The notes under the pieces were generated by a model, which did no database searches, had not been told where the DNA came from, and was given only the letters and a program-made list of their open reading frames with translations. This document shows positions 1 through 7,946 of a stretch of 64,000 nucleotides of DNA, one piece after another. Position 1 is the first letter of the stretch. The number at the start of each line of letters is the position of its first letter. Where the stretch lies: IMG/VR virus record IMGVR_UViG_2871727361_000001, positions 2,590 through 66,589 of that record; one strand, 5' to 3'. The translations under genes and the position numbers were made by a program. The DNA is from a virus.

Positions 1-436
1 CAGAAAGGCTGATGATTTGCCCTGAGCGCCGAGCTAAATCAATCATCCCGCGGTAGCCGATAATTAGCTGTATATCAGTGCGCTCTGTAACCCAATTTCC
101 TGCCGAGTCTTTTTTCCTTTTCTCGAATGGAATGAGGTATGCGTGACCAAGTGCGCCGCCAGGCTCCAGGCCAAGCTGAGAGCACTGTACGACGGCACCG
201 ATAAAGCTTTGAGTGTCACACTTTGCGAGCGTCGGGTTTTTGCGTATTTCAGTGGTGACGATGCGAATCATGCGGTCAGCCGTCATATGACGAGGAAGAG
301 CCGCAGCAAGCTGGCTTTTCATGGCTGGCTGATTCATGAAGCCGACAAGCGTTTGCTCGGGCGTTTTGTTGGCAACCTGCTTGCTTTGCTGCGTCTTCTG
401 CAGGTCAGCGCTGGCAATAGGAGGCTGGTTAGTCAT
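1..436 (-). CDS. recT: RecT single-strand annealing protein (5' part, runs off window)
   Basis: Manual translation from ATG 436: [16 protein letters not shown]...[22 protein letters not shown]...[20 protein letters not shown]...[16 protein letters not shown]. Confidence 0.93.
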   Translation of the reverse strand, partial: MTNQPPIASADLQKTQQSKQVANKTPEQTLVGFMNQPAMKSQLAAALPRHMTADRMIRIVTTEIRKNPTLAKCDTQSFIGAVVQCSQLGLEPGGALGHAYLIPFEKRKKDSAGNWVTERTDIQLIIGYRGMIDLARRSGQIISLS

Positions 437-1250
437 TGCGTAATTCCTTAGCCCAATAAGGGAGAGATAGTGTTGCTATGCCGGGCCACTCATTGCGCGA
501 CATGCATTCTGCGTAGGTTTGAAGGTTTCTTTTATATTCTGCTCGCCCGGCATCCTTGGCTAACTGGTCAAGTATGAATACCTGCACCGGGAATCTGCCG
601 CAGCTGATTGATGTACTGACTGCCAGAAATGCGAAAGTAGGAATCTCACCAAATTGCGAGGCATATCCATCCGTGTAGAAGGAGTCCTGGACGTGATAGC
701 GGTAGCTATAGAAATCCTTTTTAAACCTGTCGATATCAGCTGTGCTTTTTACATCAATGCACCAGTTAAACTCAGTGATGATTTTGTCCGGCCGGCAGCG
801 CGATAAAACGCCGGTGTCTCGGTCACTCCAGTAAATGCTCGCCTCTGCATTTCCCTGCGCTTCGAGCATCCACCGGGCAATCGGATGGGCCATTGCACTT
901 TCACGCATCAGCTTCAGCTTCCGGTTGTCGTCGTGCGTGATAGGCGTGATTCCCTCAGCCTCGCACCGTTCCAGAAATTCCTTTTCCTTCTCCTTTCCTG
1001 CAGTAGTCCGGCGGTTAACCTCCGGCCCTATCTCAAAGCGCTTGCTAAATTCATCTGGCTCAAGAAGCAGGCAGTGCAGGGCGGTGCCTAAATCCAGCGC
1101 GGCTGTTTTTTCTTCATCAACTGGCGCACCTTTCCGCCACTGATAGATAGCTGGGCTAACTGCAATATCATCCAGCTGCGATTTGCTGATGCCCGGGCCG
1201 CCGTGATAGTCCTCATTGCTGATGTCGTAGTAGATGCCCGGCTCCATCAC
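429..1250 (-). CDS. recE: RecE/exonuclease VIII-like PD-(D/E)XK nuclease (short form)
   Basis: [40 protein letters not shown] motifs; directly upstream of recT. Confidence 0.9.
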   Translation of the reverse strand: MMEPGIYYDISNEDYHGGPGISKSQLDDIAVSPAIYQWRKGAPVDEEKTAALDLGTALHCLLLEPDEFSKRFEIGPEVNRRTTAGKEKEKEFLERCEAEGITPITHDDNRKLKLMRESAMAHPIARWMLEAQGNAEASIYWSDRDTGVLSRCRPDKIITEFNWCIDVKSTADIDRFKKDFYSYRYHVQDSFYTDGYASQFGEIPTFAFLAVSTSISCGRFPVQVFILDQLAKDAGRAEYKRNLQTYAECMSRNEWPGIATLSLPYWAKELRND

Positions 1251-1561
1251 GCCACCTCGTCAAACGAATGCCGGCGCATAAACACCTCAACTGCATATTC
1301 GCGCGTAATAATCATCGTCAGCACATCAAACAGCATTTCTCCTGCTCGCTGCTGATAATCAACGTCGCTCTCGTCCAGATAATTGCACGCGAGTTTTGTG
1401 TGTTCGCCTGGATAATACTCTCGAATTGCGGTCATTATCGGATTAGCTGAATCACGTTCCGCCCGGTATTCGACCGTCTCGCGAATGCGCTCATGATCTG
1501 CATCAGAAAGTGAGGCAATGATCGCAGTAATTTCCTGTTCGTCTTTGTATGTGAGTTTCAT
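1247..1561 (-). CDS. Hypothetical early phage protein
   Basis: 104 aa ORF with start/stop overlaps on both sides in the leftward operon. Confidence 0.7.
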   Translation of the reverse strand: MKLTYKDEQEITAIIASLSDADHERIRETVEYRAERDSANPIMTAIREYYPGEHTKLACNYLDESDVDYQQRAGEMLFDVLTMIITREYAVEVFMRRHSFDEVA

Positions 1562-1731
1562 TACGGATTGCCCTCCGCACTCAGGATTTCAAACAGTTTT
1601 TGCAACCAGCTTTTTTTCGGTGGCGGTGCAAAGTCGGCGCCGGTCAGAATGTTTTTACGTGCGTGCATCACTGATTTGATGCCGTCGAATGTAGGGCAGC
1701 CCGATGCCGCCCCTGCGTAAGCTAAGCGCAT
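1561..1731 (-). CDS. CIII-like small protein (56 aa, below ORF-track cutoff)
   Basis: MRLAYAGAASGCPTF...KKSWLQKLFEILSAEGNP resembles lambda CIII ends (MQYAIAGWPVAGCP...WKRLIDILNQPGVP); TAATG overlap with next gene. Confidence 0.55.
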   Translation of the reverse strand: MRLAYAGAASGCPTFDGIKSVMHARKNILTGADFAPPPKKSWLQKLFEILSAEGNP

Positions 1732-1825
1732 GGGTTTACCTCGTTGATATGGAATTAAAATGCCCCTTAACAGGGGCGAAATTTACAATAAATCGTCAAG
1801 CCGTCACGTATAACGGCTTTGCGAT

Positions 1826-2059
1826 TTACTCTATGTCGCAGACGTATTCAAAGTCACCGCATGAAGATCCGCCGTTTTTTAAAGCGATTATCACTGGGGC
1901 GCGAACCAGAACTGCGTCCATCCCGCCCCAGTCACGGCTCAGCTTCCACTGCTTTGGTGGCGTTCTCCCTAACGATTCGAATACTGCTGCGCGCTCGGTG
2001 TTAAATCTTGCCCGCCCATCCATAACAAAATATTCAAATTCTTGCATTATCTTCCCCAC
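1826..2059 (-). CDS. Hypothetical early protein
   Basis: 77 aa ORF in leftward operon. Confidence 0.6.
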   Translation of the reverse strand: MGKIMQEFEYFVMDGRARFNTERAAVFESLGRTPPKQWKLSRDWGGMDAVLVRAPVIIALKNGGSSCGDFEYVCDIE

Positions 2060-2072
2060 CCTGGTTAAGGGA

Positions 2073-2306
2073 TCAAAGCTTCCGCCAGCCCTTCATATAC
2101 ACGATTAATCCCTTTTTTCTCATAGCCTGAAGTCGGCGGTCGAGAATGCGGGCCGGTTCCTCGGCTCCCGCGCACAATTCACGACATGCTGGGTAAGCAC
2201 CTTTACTGCTGCTGCCAGGCTTGCCAAAATAAATATCCGAAAATTTACTTGGCCCAGTGCTAATGCTGTCCAAAATTAGTTGATCTAACTTTCTGTATTT
2301 GCTCAA
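2073..2306 (-). CDS. Hypothetical early protein
   Basis: 77 aa basic ORF with AG-rich RBS. Confidence 0.65.
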   Translation of the reverse strand: MSKYRKLDQLILDSISTGPSKFSDIYFGKPGSSSKGAYPACRELCAGAEEPARILDRRLQAMRKKGLIVYMKGWRKL

Positions 2307-2367
2307 TTTTTCTTTCCTTATTGCAAAAAATTAATCCCTCAGTGGCGGGCTATTCGCATTCCATTCC

Positions 2368-2559
2368 TTATTCAAGGCTTTGTGTTTCGATCTGATCGAA
2401 CCATTCAATATACTGTTCAGCCATTTCTCGTAAAGATCTGGCATATTTCTGTTCGTCTTTGCTGAAATCAGATAAAGACGAACAATTTCCGATCGCATCA
2501 AGGCACTGCTCGAAATCCAGCTTTGTATTTCTGAACTGGCAATAGCTCATATTTCCCAT
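2368..2559 (-). CDS. Hypothetical early protein
   Basis: 63 aa ORF, RBS CAGGAG upstream. Confidence 0.7.
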   Translation of the reverse strand: MGNMSYCQFRNTKLDFEQCLDAIGNCSSLSDFSKDEQKYARSLREMAEQYIEWFDQIETQSLE

Positions 2560-2631
2560 CCTGATATCTCCTGTTAAATGTCGCTGCGTAGCACCTCAAA
2601 GCCGTCTGAGCAGACAGCTTTACGGTGTTAC

Positions 2632-2808
2632 TCAGTGGCCTGCATAGTCACGAAGAGCTTCCACAATTCGAATTGCCTGCTCTATGCTGCTGGTATCTTC
2701 ATCAGGCGGAACCTGATAATTCACTACCTCAAGCTTTTCCGCTAAAACTCTTAATTGCTCAGCAACCCAATCCGGATCAAAGCTTTCGGGAATTTCGATG
2801 TCATGCAT
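2632..2808 (-). CDS. Hypothetical early protein
   Basis: Start reassigned to ATG 2808 (MHDIEIP) after AGGAGAGTGAGG. Confidence 0.6.
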   Translation of the reverse strand: MHDIEIPESFDPDWVAEQLRVLAEKLEVVNYQVPPDEDTSSIEQAIRIVEALRDYAGH

Positions 2809-2827
2809 CCTCACTCTCCTGTAGTGG

Positions 2828-3121
2828 TTACTGGCCCAATGCCTTTGCCATGGCGGCCTTTGCTCTTTTGTACTCTTGTGTCTGCCGGCAGCCTTCGTCA
2901 TGCTCATAAAGAGCGATTAACCCACGAAGCGACTCAAAAAGCTCAGGTGCTGCGGCTAACAACCGAGTGTTAGCTTCGTATTCTGCCGTTACCTGCCCAG
3001 GAATAGCCACGCCACTTACCCGCACAGATTTATTTATTCCAAAGCCATCAGCCTGGCCGTGAACTACGTTCCCATATTGGTCTAACCGCCACGGCCCGGG
3101 CGTGCCTTTAAATTGTCCCAT
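2828..3121 (-). CDS. Hypothetical early protein
   Basis: FKGTPGPW N-terminus and ANTRLLAAAPEL motif typical of lambdoid early ORFs. Confidence 0.7.
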   Translation of the reverse strand: MGQFKGTPGPWRLDQYGNVVHGQADGFGINKSVRVSGVAIPGQVTAEYEANTRLLAAAPELFESLRGLIALYEHDEGCRQTQEYKRAKAAMAKALGQ

Positions 3122-3527
3122 CTTCAACCTCGTCAGTTAATTTAACCCAGCCAGGGCGCTCGCCTTTTCCAAGATAAAAATCAATAATATCCAACAGTCG
3201 CGGGTAGAATTTCAACGCCTTTGCCCCATCCATTTTCGCAATTTCCAGCCTGGAGAATTTGCGCCACTGCTCTACGGTATGTTGCTGGCAACCCACCCGT
3301 ACACACTCACCGTTAGTGATTTGCAGGAAATAATCCTCACCCACCATTACAAAAGTTTTCTCCGGCAAGCTGGAACCGCGCAGGTCGGCATCGCGCAGGT
3401 TGGCACCAATCAGGTCGGCATCGCGCAGGTTGGCACGGCGCAGGTTGGCGCACTTTCCTGACTTGCCTTCGCTTTGAACCCATTGATGGTGCTCATATAA
3501 AATCCTATTTAATTCGGTAGCGTTCAT
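3108..3527 (-). CDS. Pentapeptide-repeat protein
   Basis: ANLRR-ANLRD-ADLIG-ANLRD-ADLRG repeats (15-nt units at about 3378-3451); C-terminal RVGCQQH..W segment. Confidence 0.85.
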   Translation of the reverse strand: MNATELNRILYEHHQWVQSEGKSGKCANLRRANLRDADLIGANLRDADLRGSSLPEKTFVMVGEDYFLQITNGECVRVGCQQHTVEQWRKFSRLEIAKMDGAKALKFYPRLLDIIDFYLGKGERPGWVKLTDEVEDGTI

Positions 3528-3560
3528 TTTGATATCTCGTAATTGCCAATAAAAGGCCGC

Positions 3561-3881
3561 TTAGCGGCCTGTCATGTAATTCAGTGCGCCAGTATTTCCT
3601 GTTCGCTCCACATAGGCTGCATAGAGTGGGTTAACTGTCGTTTCTAATTTCTCAGCCAGCGGCGTCAGAGCGTCATACATCGCTGCTGCAAACATCCTCC
3701 GCTGGTCTGCTGTAAAGTTCAGGTACTGCATAAACATCTGCTGCTGATTAGCGAAGTGCTCCATGATTTCAGCGTGTATCAGCTTCATGATGGCTTCGTC
3801 TGGCATGTTGTCTGTGATGCGCTCTCTGACGCGATTGGCGATATACGGCGCTATCTTTTTAAACTCTGTTGCTGTGTCCAT
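3561..3881 (-). CDS. Hypothetical early protein
   Basis: 106 aa ORF, GAGG RBS. Confidence 0.7.
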   Translation of the reverse strand: MDTATEFKKIAPYIANRVRERITDNMPDEAIMKLIHAEIMEHFANQQQMFMQYLNFTADQRRMFAAAMYDALTPLAEKLETTVNPLYAAYVERTGNTGALNYMTGR

Positions 3882-3883
3882 GA

Positions 3884-4135
3884 TTACCTCGCTGTTATCC
3901 CGTTACTCTTCCGATACCCGGCCGCATAAATCGCAACATCAGGCAGGCAGGTGCCGCCGATTTCTTCACGCGATGGCCTCGGGCTCATTTTGTAATCGAT
4001 ACTGCTCAGCGCTTTGCTAACGCGATCAGACCCGTACAGAGCGGCATTGATGATTTTTACAAACCGAGGCTCGCTGCGACGTTTTGCACGATGAGCGGCT
4101 GCACGTTTTGCGTTGTAACGCTGCTTCGAATTCAT
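3884..4135 (-). CDS. N: N-type antitermination protein
   Basis: Arg-rich N-terminus and C-terminal LPDVAIYAAGYRKSNGITAR matching the P22 N tail; first gene after PL; ATG 4135 with CAGGAG RBS. Confidence 0.85.
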   Translation of the reverse strand: MNSKQRYNAKRAAAHRAKRRSEPRFVKIINAALYGSDRVSKALSSIDYKMSPRPSREEIGGTCLPDVAIYAAGYRKSNGITAR

Positions 4136-4163
4136 GGTATTTCTCCTGATGAGTGCTTTGGTG

Positions 4164-4280
4164 GTGTGGTGCCGGTGCCTCCCGGCGAGCATTTACAGCC
4201 ATCAATGCCCGGATAAAGGAGAGCATTCATGAAGCATGAATGTTGGCTGTACCGTGTGCGCATAGCCACATTCACCACAC
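4164..4280 (-). ncRNA. C4/CI-like cloverleaf RNA in the PL leader
   Basis: Closing stem GTGTGGTG/CACCACAC, GGTGAATG 5' motif, TGGCT/AGCCA stem, GCCGG-GAGGCA-CCGGC 3' hairpin. Confidence 0.55.
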
Positions 4281-4299
4281 CCCGAAGCACTCGCTCCGG

Positions 4300-4338
4300 C
4301 CTACCTGCATCAGGTAGGAATCGTCTTGTTAATGAGCA
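4300..4338 (-). promoter_or_regulatory. nutL-like site
   Basis: boxA-like TGCTCATTAACAA followed by hairpin CCTACCTG-ATG-CAGGTAGG. Confidence 0.6.
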
Positions 4339-4394
4339 GACCTATGAGGTCGCAAGTAGTTAGCTTGCCGTCGATGTTTCGTTTCGATGAGCAG

Positions 4395-4436
4395 ATAATC
4401 ACATATCGTGTTAAATGCGTCAACACAAATTGTGTT
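4395..4436 (-). promoter_or_regulatory. PL promoter with two OL operators
   Basis: TTGACG-17-GATTAT; 15-bp pseudo-palindromes ATCACATATCGTGTT (4398-4412) and AACACAAATTGTGTT (4422-4436) match the OR sites. Confidence 0.8.
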
Positions 4437-4539
4437 TAATTGGTGGTGGGTTGCTTTACCCACTGTTTTCAATGGTTATTTTAAAATCAGAATGGTTGCT
4501 ATGAGGTTTGTGGCCGAGAAAGCCCCGCTAAGTGGCAGG

Positions 4540-4650
4540 GTGCAGGTTTACCCGCAGGGTGCAGGAGGTGAAAAAAAGTGCAGGAGTGACGAAAAAGTGC
4601 AGGAGTGACGAAAAAGTGCAGGAGTGACGAAAGGGCAGATGCTGCAGGAG
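4540..4650 (+). repeat. 19-bp-period tandem repeat
   Basis: GTGCAGG at 4540, 4559, 4578, 4597, 4616; unit GTGCAGGAGTGACGAAAAA exact twice, near-exact a third time; extra TGCAGGAG at 4643. Confidence 0.95.
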
Positions 4651-4652
4651 CG

Positions 4653-4676
4653 AAAAAGCCGCTTCGGTAGCGGCTT
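4653..4676 (-). terminator. Intrinsic terminator of the cI/accessory transcript
   Basis: AAGCCGCT-ACCGA-AGCGGCTT then a T run on the minus strand. Confidence 0.8.
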
Positions 4677-4699
4677 GGCATTGACTGGAGGATAATCTT

Positions 4700-5110
4700 T
4701 TAGAAAAACAACTTCGCAACTGACAGCGATATCCCAGCGATAGCTATAGCTGTAAAGATCGTCCAGAGGATTTGTTTGTTTACTGCCGATATTATGGATG
4801 AGTTCATTTCGCTGATGCTTGGTTTTTTTGATAATTTTTCATCTATATCGATCTGCTTCTGAAGAATTACAGCTACATCGCGAGAAGTGTCAGCAGAAGT
4901 CTTGCGTAGCTCACGGATATCCGCACGAGCTTCGGCAAGATTTGCTTTGATGTCTTCAACATTAGCTTCCAGTTTAGCAACCCTAAGTAGCATGTCATCT
5001 CCTCCACCGCCGCCATTGCCATATGATGATGAACCATCTGTCACTCTGAGTCTACTACTAAGCGATTCAGGCGATGTGCTATGGACTAACTCTAGTTTAG
5101 CATTACCCAT
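4700..5110 (-). CDS. Coiled-coil protein with C-terminal TM helix (immunity-region accessory)
   Basis: Gly linker, heptad stretch RVAKLEANVEDIKANLAEARADIREL, hydrophobic tail ILWTIFTAIAIAGISLSVAKLFF. Confidence 0.8.
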   Translation of the reverse strand: MGNAKLELVHSTSPESLSSRLRVTDGSSSYGNGGGGGDDMLLRVAKLEANVEDIKANLAEARADIRELRKTSADTSRDVAVILQKQIDIDEKLSKKPSISEMNSSIISAVNKQILWTIFTAIAIAGISLSVAKLFF

Positions 5111-5501
5111 GCCAATCCTCGCTTACTACATTGAAATATGCTTCTTTTTTATCTAGTGAGTCTCTAAGTGATTCTATCAGCTCACATTTGAAGGTATACA
5201 CTCCAGATTCTTTTGCTTCCAAATACATGCTTGCCGACAGAAATGAAGTATGCATCACTGGGTCTATGCTGTTGGCTGGTATGGGTTTTATCTTTTCACT
5301 CATAATGCTTTCGCCAGATGGTGAAACGACATCAAGCCTTGTGAAATAGATGTCATCAACAAGAAGATTTATAAATGATATACCTACTGTTATATGAAAA
5401 TGGCCATTAATTGATTTAAAATTTAAGGTTGGCTTGGCTATTCCTGACTGTTCATTTGCAGGAAAAATAAATGCTATTTTTCCATTTTTATCTGTGTTCA
5501 T
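5103..5501 (-). CDS. Beta-rich hypothetical protein (immunity-region accessory)
   Basis: 132 aa AT-rich ORF between cI and the TM gene, overlapping the latter by 8 nt. Confidence 0.75.
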   Translation of the reverse strand: MNTDKNGKIAFIFPANEQSGIAKPTLNFKSINGHFHITVGISFINLLVDDIYFTRLDVVSPSGESIMSEKIKPIPANSIDPVMHTSFLSASMYLEAKESGVYTFKCELIESLRDSLDKKEAYFNVVSEDWHG

Positions 5502-5540
5502 GCTCCCGCCCAGTAAAAATTTATATTTATAGGATTTCAG

Positions 5541-6182
5541 CTAAACCAGTCGCATCTTAGTCTCGACAGCCACCCCGATGATCCGGCAGTTACCGTTGAC
5601 GGGTATCATGGGCCACTGAGGGTTTAGCCCCTTCAAATACTTCTGCGCACCGTCGAGCACCAAGCGCTTAAACGTGGCCTCATTGCTGTCTGACAGCTTG
5701 GCAATCACCAGGCTGTTGTTGATCGCGTCTCGCCCGGTATCAAACAGAACAAACGTTCCTTCAGGTATGCTGAGGCCTGCTGGCGCCGTCATGGAGTCGC
5801 CTTCAACTTCAAGCCAGAAAGCTTCCCCCTGGATGTGAGCGTCAGACTCCAGCCACATATCCACTTCCTTCAGGGTGTAGGCCTCAATAGCCTCACCCCA
5901 TGCGCCGGCCTGCACTTTGCTGAGGACTGGGTATGATTTTCCTGCATCATATGGACCCTTATATGCGGAGCCAAACAACAGTTCTGCGGAGCTAACGCCA
6001 AGAGCCCGTGCTATTACCTCTGCATCATCAACGCTTACCGCTCTAGTTCCCGACTCATAATTTCCTATCCGAGACTGCGAAGCCCAACCGCAGAGCTCAG
6101 CCAAAGCCCGTTGTGAAAGGCCTTTGAACTCACGCAGCCGCTTAATTCTTTGAGAGATGGTTTCTTTTGTTTTCATAATCAT
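5541..6182 (-). CDS. cI: CI repressor (XRE HTH + S24 peptidase)
   Basis: HTH LSQRALAELCGWASQSRIGNYE; VQAG cleavage motif, GDSM and EATFKRL catalytic motifs; divergent from cro. Confidence 0.96.
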   Translation of the reverse strand: MIMKTKETISQRIKRLREFKGLSQRALAELCGWASQSRIGNYESGTRAVSVDDAEVIARALGVSSAELLFGSAYKGPYDAGKSYPVLSKVQAGAWGEAIEAYTLKEVDMWLESDAHIQGEAFWLEVEGDSMTAPAGLSIPEGTFVLFDTGRDAINNSLVIAKLSDSNEATFKRLVLDGAQKYLKGLNPQWPMIPVNGNCRIIGVAVETKMRLV

Positions 6183-6187
6183 TTTTT

Positions 6188-6255
6188 ATCACATTACGTG
6201 ATAACACGCCTTACACGATTTGTGTTGATTTGCTATCACAATTTGTGTTTAATAT
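6188..6255. promoter_or_regulatory. OR operators / PR-PRM region
   Basis: Three 15-bp sites: ATCACATTACGTGAT (6188), TACACGATTTGTGTT (6212), ATCACAATTTGTGTT (6235). Confidence 0.8.
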
Positions 6256-6284
6256 GCGCATGGTTAGCAAGTTAAGGAAGAAGC

Positions 6285-6500
6285 ATGAATAACATAGCAA
6301 ATGAAAGGAGGAAGCTGGGGATAACCCAGTCAGCTCTCGCTCAGGCATGTGGCGGATGGGGTGCGTCACGGATTGGAAATTATGAATCCGGTAAGCGCCA
6401 CCCTGACTTAACCTCATGTCGAATCATTGTGCAGGCATTAAACAAACTCGGCGGGAAAACAAATCTGGACTCGTTATTCCCTCCGCAAAAAGCAGCATAA
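6285..6500 (+). CDS. cro: Cro-like repressor
   Basis: 71 aa HTH divergent from cI; recognition helix SRIGNYESG identical to CI. Confidence 0.9.
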   Translation: MNNIANERRKLGITQSALAQACGGWGASRIGNYESGKRHPDLTSCRIIVQALNKLGGKTNLDSLFPPQKAA

Positions 6501-6507
6501 GCATCGT

Positions 6508-6563
6508 CGCTCTTTATCAATCAGACCGCCACCTGTTGCAGGGGGCAAAACAACAGTGGCACC
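6508..6563 (+). promoter_or_regulatory. nutR-like site
   Basis: boxA CGCTCTTTATCAA then CCTG-TTG-CAGG, echoing nutL CCTG-ATG-CAGG. Confidence 0.55.
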
Positions 6564-6611
6564 CCACGGGTGTCGCACGTAACCAATTAACTGATATGGA
6601 AATTATCAATC

Positions 6612-6884
6612 ATGGAACACGCAAGAAACAGCAAGTTGATCAACGAAGTAGAAACAGAATTGCGCAGTCGTCTGACCCATAAAGGCCAGCGCGTTCTGGC
6701 CGCTGAGGCAGGATGGCATGAATCGAAAGTGAGCAGGTTAAACCTGCGCGATATGGCGACGGTATTTGTGCTGCTGGAAAAGGTTTGGGAAACGAGCCTG
6801 ATAGCAGAGGTGGCCAGACAAGCGGTAGCTGCTGCGATGGGAAAAGAAAAGGCGCCGGACTGCGGGAACAGTTTCAGCGCCTGA
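6612..6884 (+). CDS. cII: CII-like activator
   Basis: Position after cro; GQRVLAAEAGWHESKVSR HTH. Confidence 0.85.
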   Translation: MEHARNSKLINEVETELRSRLTHKGQRVLAAEAGWHESKVSRLNLRDMATVFVLLEKVWETSLIAEVARQAVAAAMGKEKAPDCGNSFSA

Positions 6885-6921
6885 TATCGAAATGTAAGCA
6901 ATTTCAACGGAGTAATTATAC

Positions 6922-7062
6922 ATGAAAAAGCAGTCTTATCGCCACACTGGTGTGCATAAAAACCTTCTTCGCCTCGACTTCCTGACCAAATGCAATCCGG
7001 CAATCGCGCCGAAGCTGAGGGAAATTCTGGAAACGTATAAGGTTAAGGAGAAGAACCAATGA
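6922..7062 (+). CDS. Small DUF2740-like protein (46 aa)
   Basis: MKKQSYRHTGVHKNLLRLDFL..., GGAG RBS, ATGA overlap with replication gene. Confidence 0.6.
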   Translation: MKKQSYRHTGVHKNLLRLDFLTKCNPAIAPKLREILETYKVKEKNQ

Positions 7063-7946
7063 GCAACGTCTTAGCGTTTAAGCGCAAGCAAGCAGAGACG
7101 CCGGAGGTAACCGGTAAGGGGTTCGCCTTGCTGCATCGTAAAATTATGGAGCTGCCATTCTATAAAGACCCAGAGGCGGCTCACCTGTGGATTCACCTGA
7201 TCCTGAAAGCAAAATATTCCCCTGAAAATGTGATGACAGACTTAGGGGAGAAACTGGTCAGGCGTGGAGAGTTGCTTTCTGGCAGAAACGCCCTGGCTTT
7301 TGAAACTGGATTATCACCAGATCGTGTCCAGTACCTGCTCAGAAAGTTTAAAAAACTGGATATGGTTAGCTGGGTATCTAACAGCAAGTTCTCGATTATT
7401 CGCATCACAAAATACGACGATTATCAGCTGAATTCTGTACCAGCAGATCACCAGCAGATTACCAGCACGAAGCCAGGCACCGCAACGCCTGATCGGGATG
7501 CTGTACCAGCAAATTACCAGCAAATTACCACAGATAATGAATTACTAACTAATAACTCAATATCTAAAGATATTGAGTGTGCAACTTCCGCATCAAAACA
7601 TGCTGTTCAGAAGCAACGGATTTCATGCGAAGAGGTCTGGCAATGCCTGAAGGAAGAGCTTCCGGAAGCAAGAGGCTGGCGAGTTATGGATGAAGACCGC
7701 CGAAACCTGATTAAACGATTTTGGGGGAAGGCCAACAAAATCGCACGTCAGTTTGATAACGGCGAACCTCTCACCATGGAAGGATTCCGAACCTACCTCC
7801 AGTACATTAGCGCCAACTGCCGCTGGATGCTGGAAGACCGACCTGATAACCGCACTGGAAAGACATGGCGCCGCATGAAGTTCGACAGCTTCCTCTCTGA
7901 GAAGCTCTATCGCGACGTTCGAGAAGGAGACAAGGATGACAGATAA
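7059..7946 (+). CDS. Replication initiator (O / P22 gp18-like)
   Basis: GFALLHRKI N-terminus, C-terminal FDSFLSEKLYRDVREG, internal iterons. Confidence 0.9.
   Translation: MSNVLAFKRKQAETPEVTGKGFALLHRKIMELPFYKDPEAAHLWIHLILKAKYSPENVMTDLGEKLVRRGELLSGRNALAFETGLSPDRVQYLLRKFKKLDMVSWVSNSKFSIIRITKYDDYQLNSVPADHQQITSTKPGTATPDRDAVPANYQQITTDNELLTNNSISKDIECATSASKHAVQKQRISCEEVWQCLKEELPEARGWRVMDEDRRNLIKRFWGKANKIARQFDNGEPLTMEGFRTYLQYISANCRWMLEDRPDNRTGKTWRRMKFDSFLSEKLYRDVREGDKDDR
7435..7565 (+). repeat. Phage replication origin iterons
   Basis: Two blocks of three 11-bp-period ACCAGCA repeats (7439/7450/7461; 7505/7516/7527, last degenerate) then an AT-rich tract. Confidence 0.8.

Noticed and set aside
3378-3451. 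Novel DNA repeat
   Set aside because: Explained by pentapeptide coding repeats
4540-4650. CRISPR array
   Set aside because: 19-bp period with no unique spacers; no cas genes in the window
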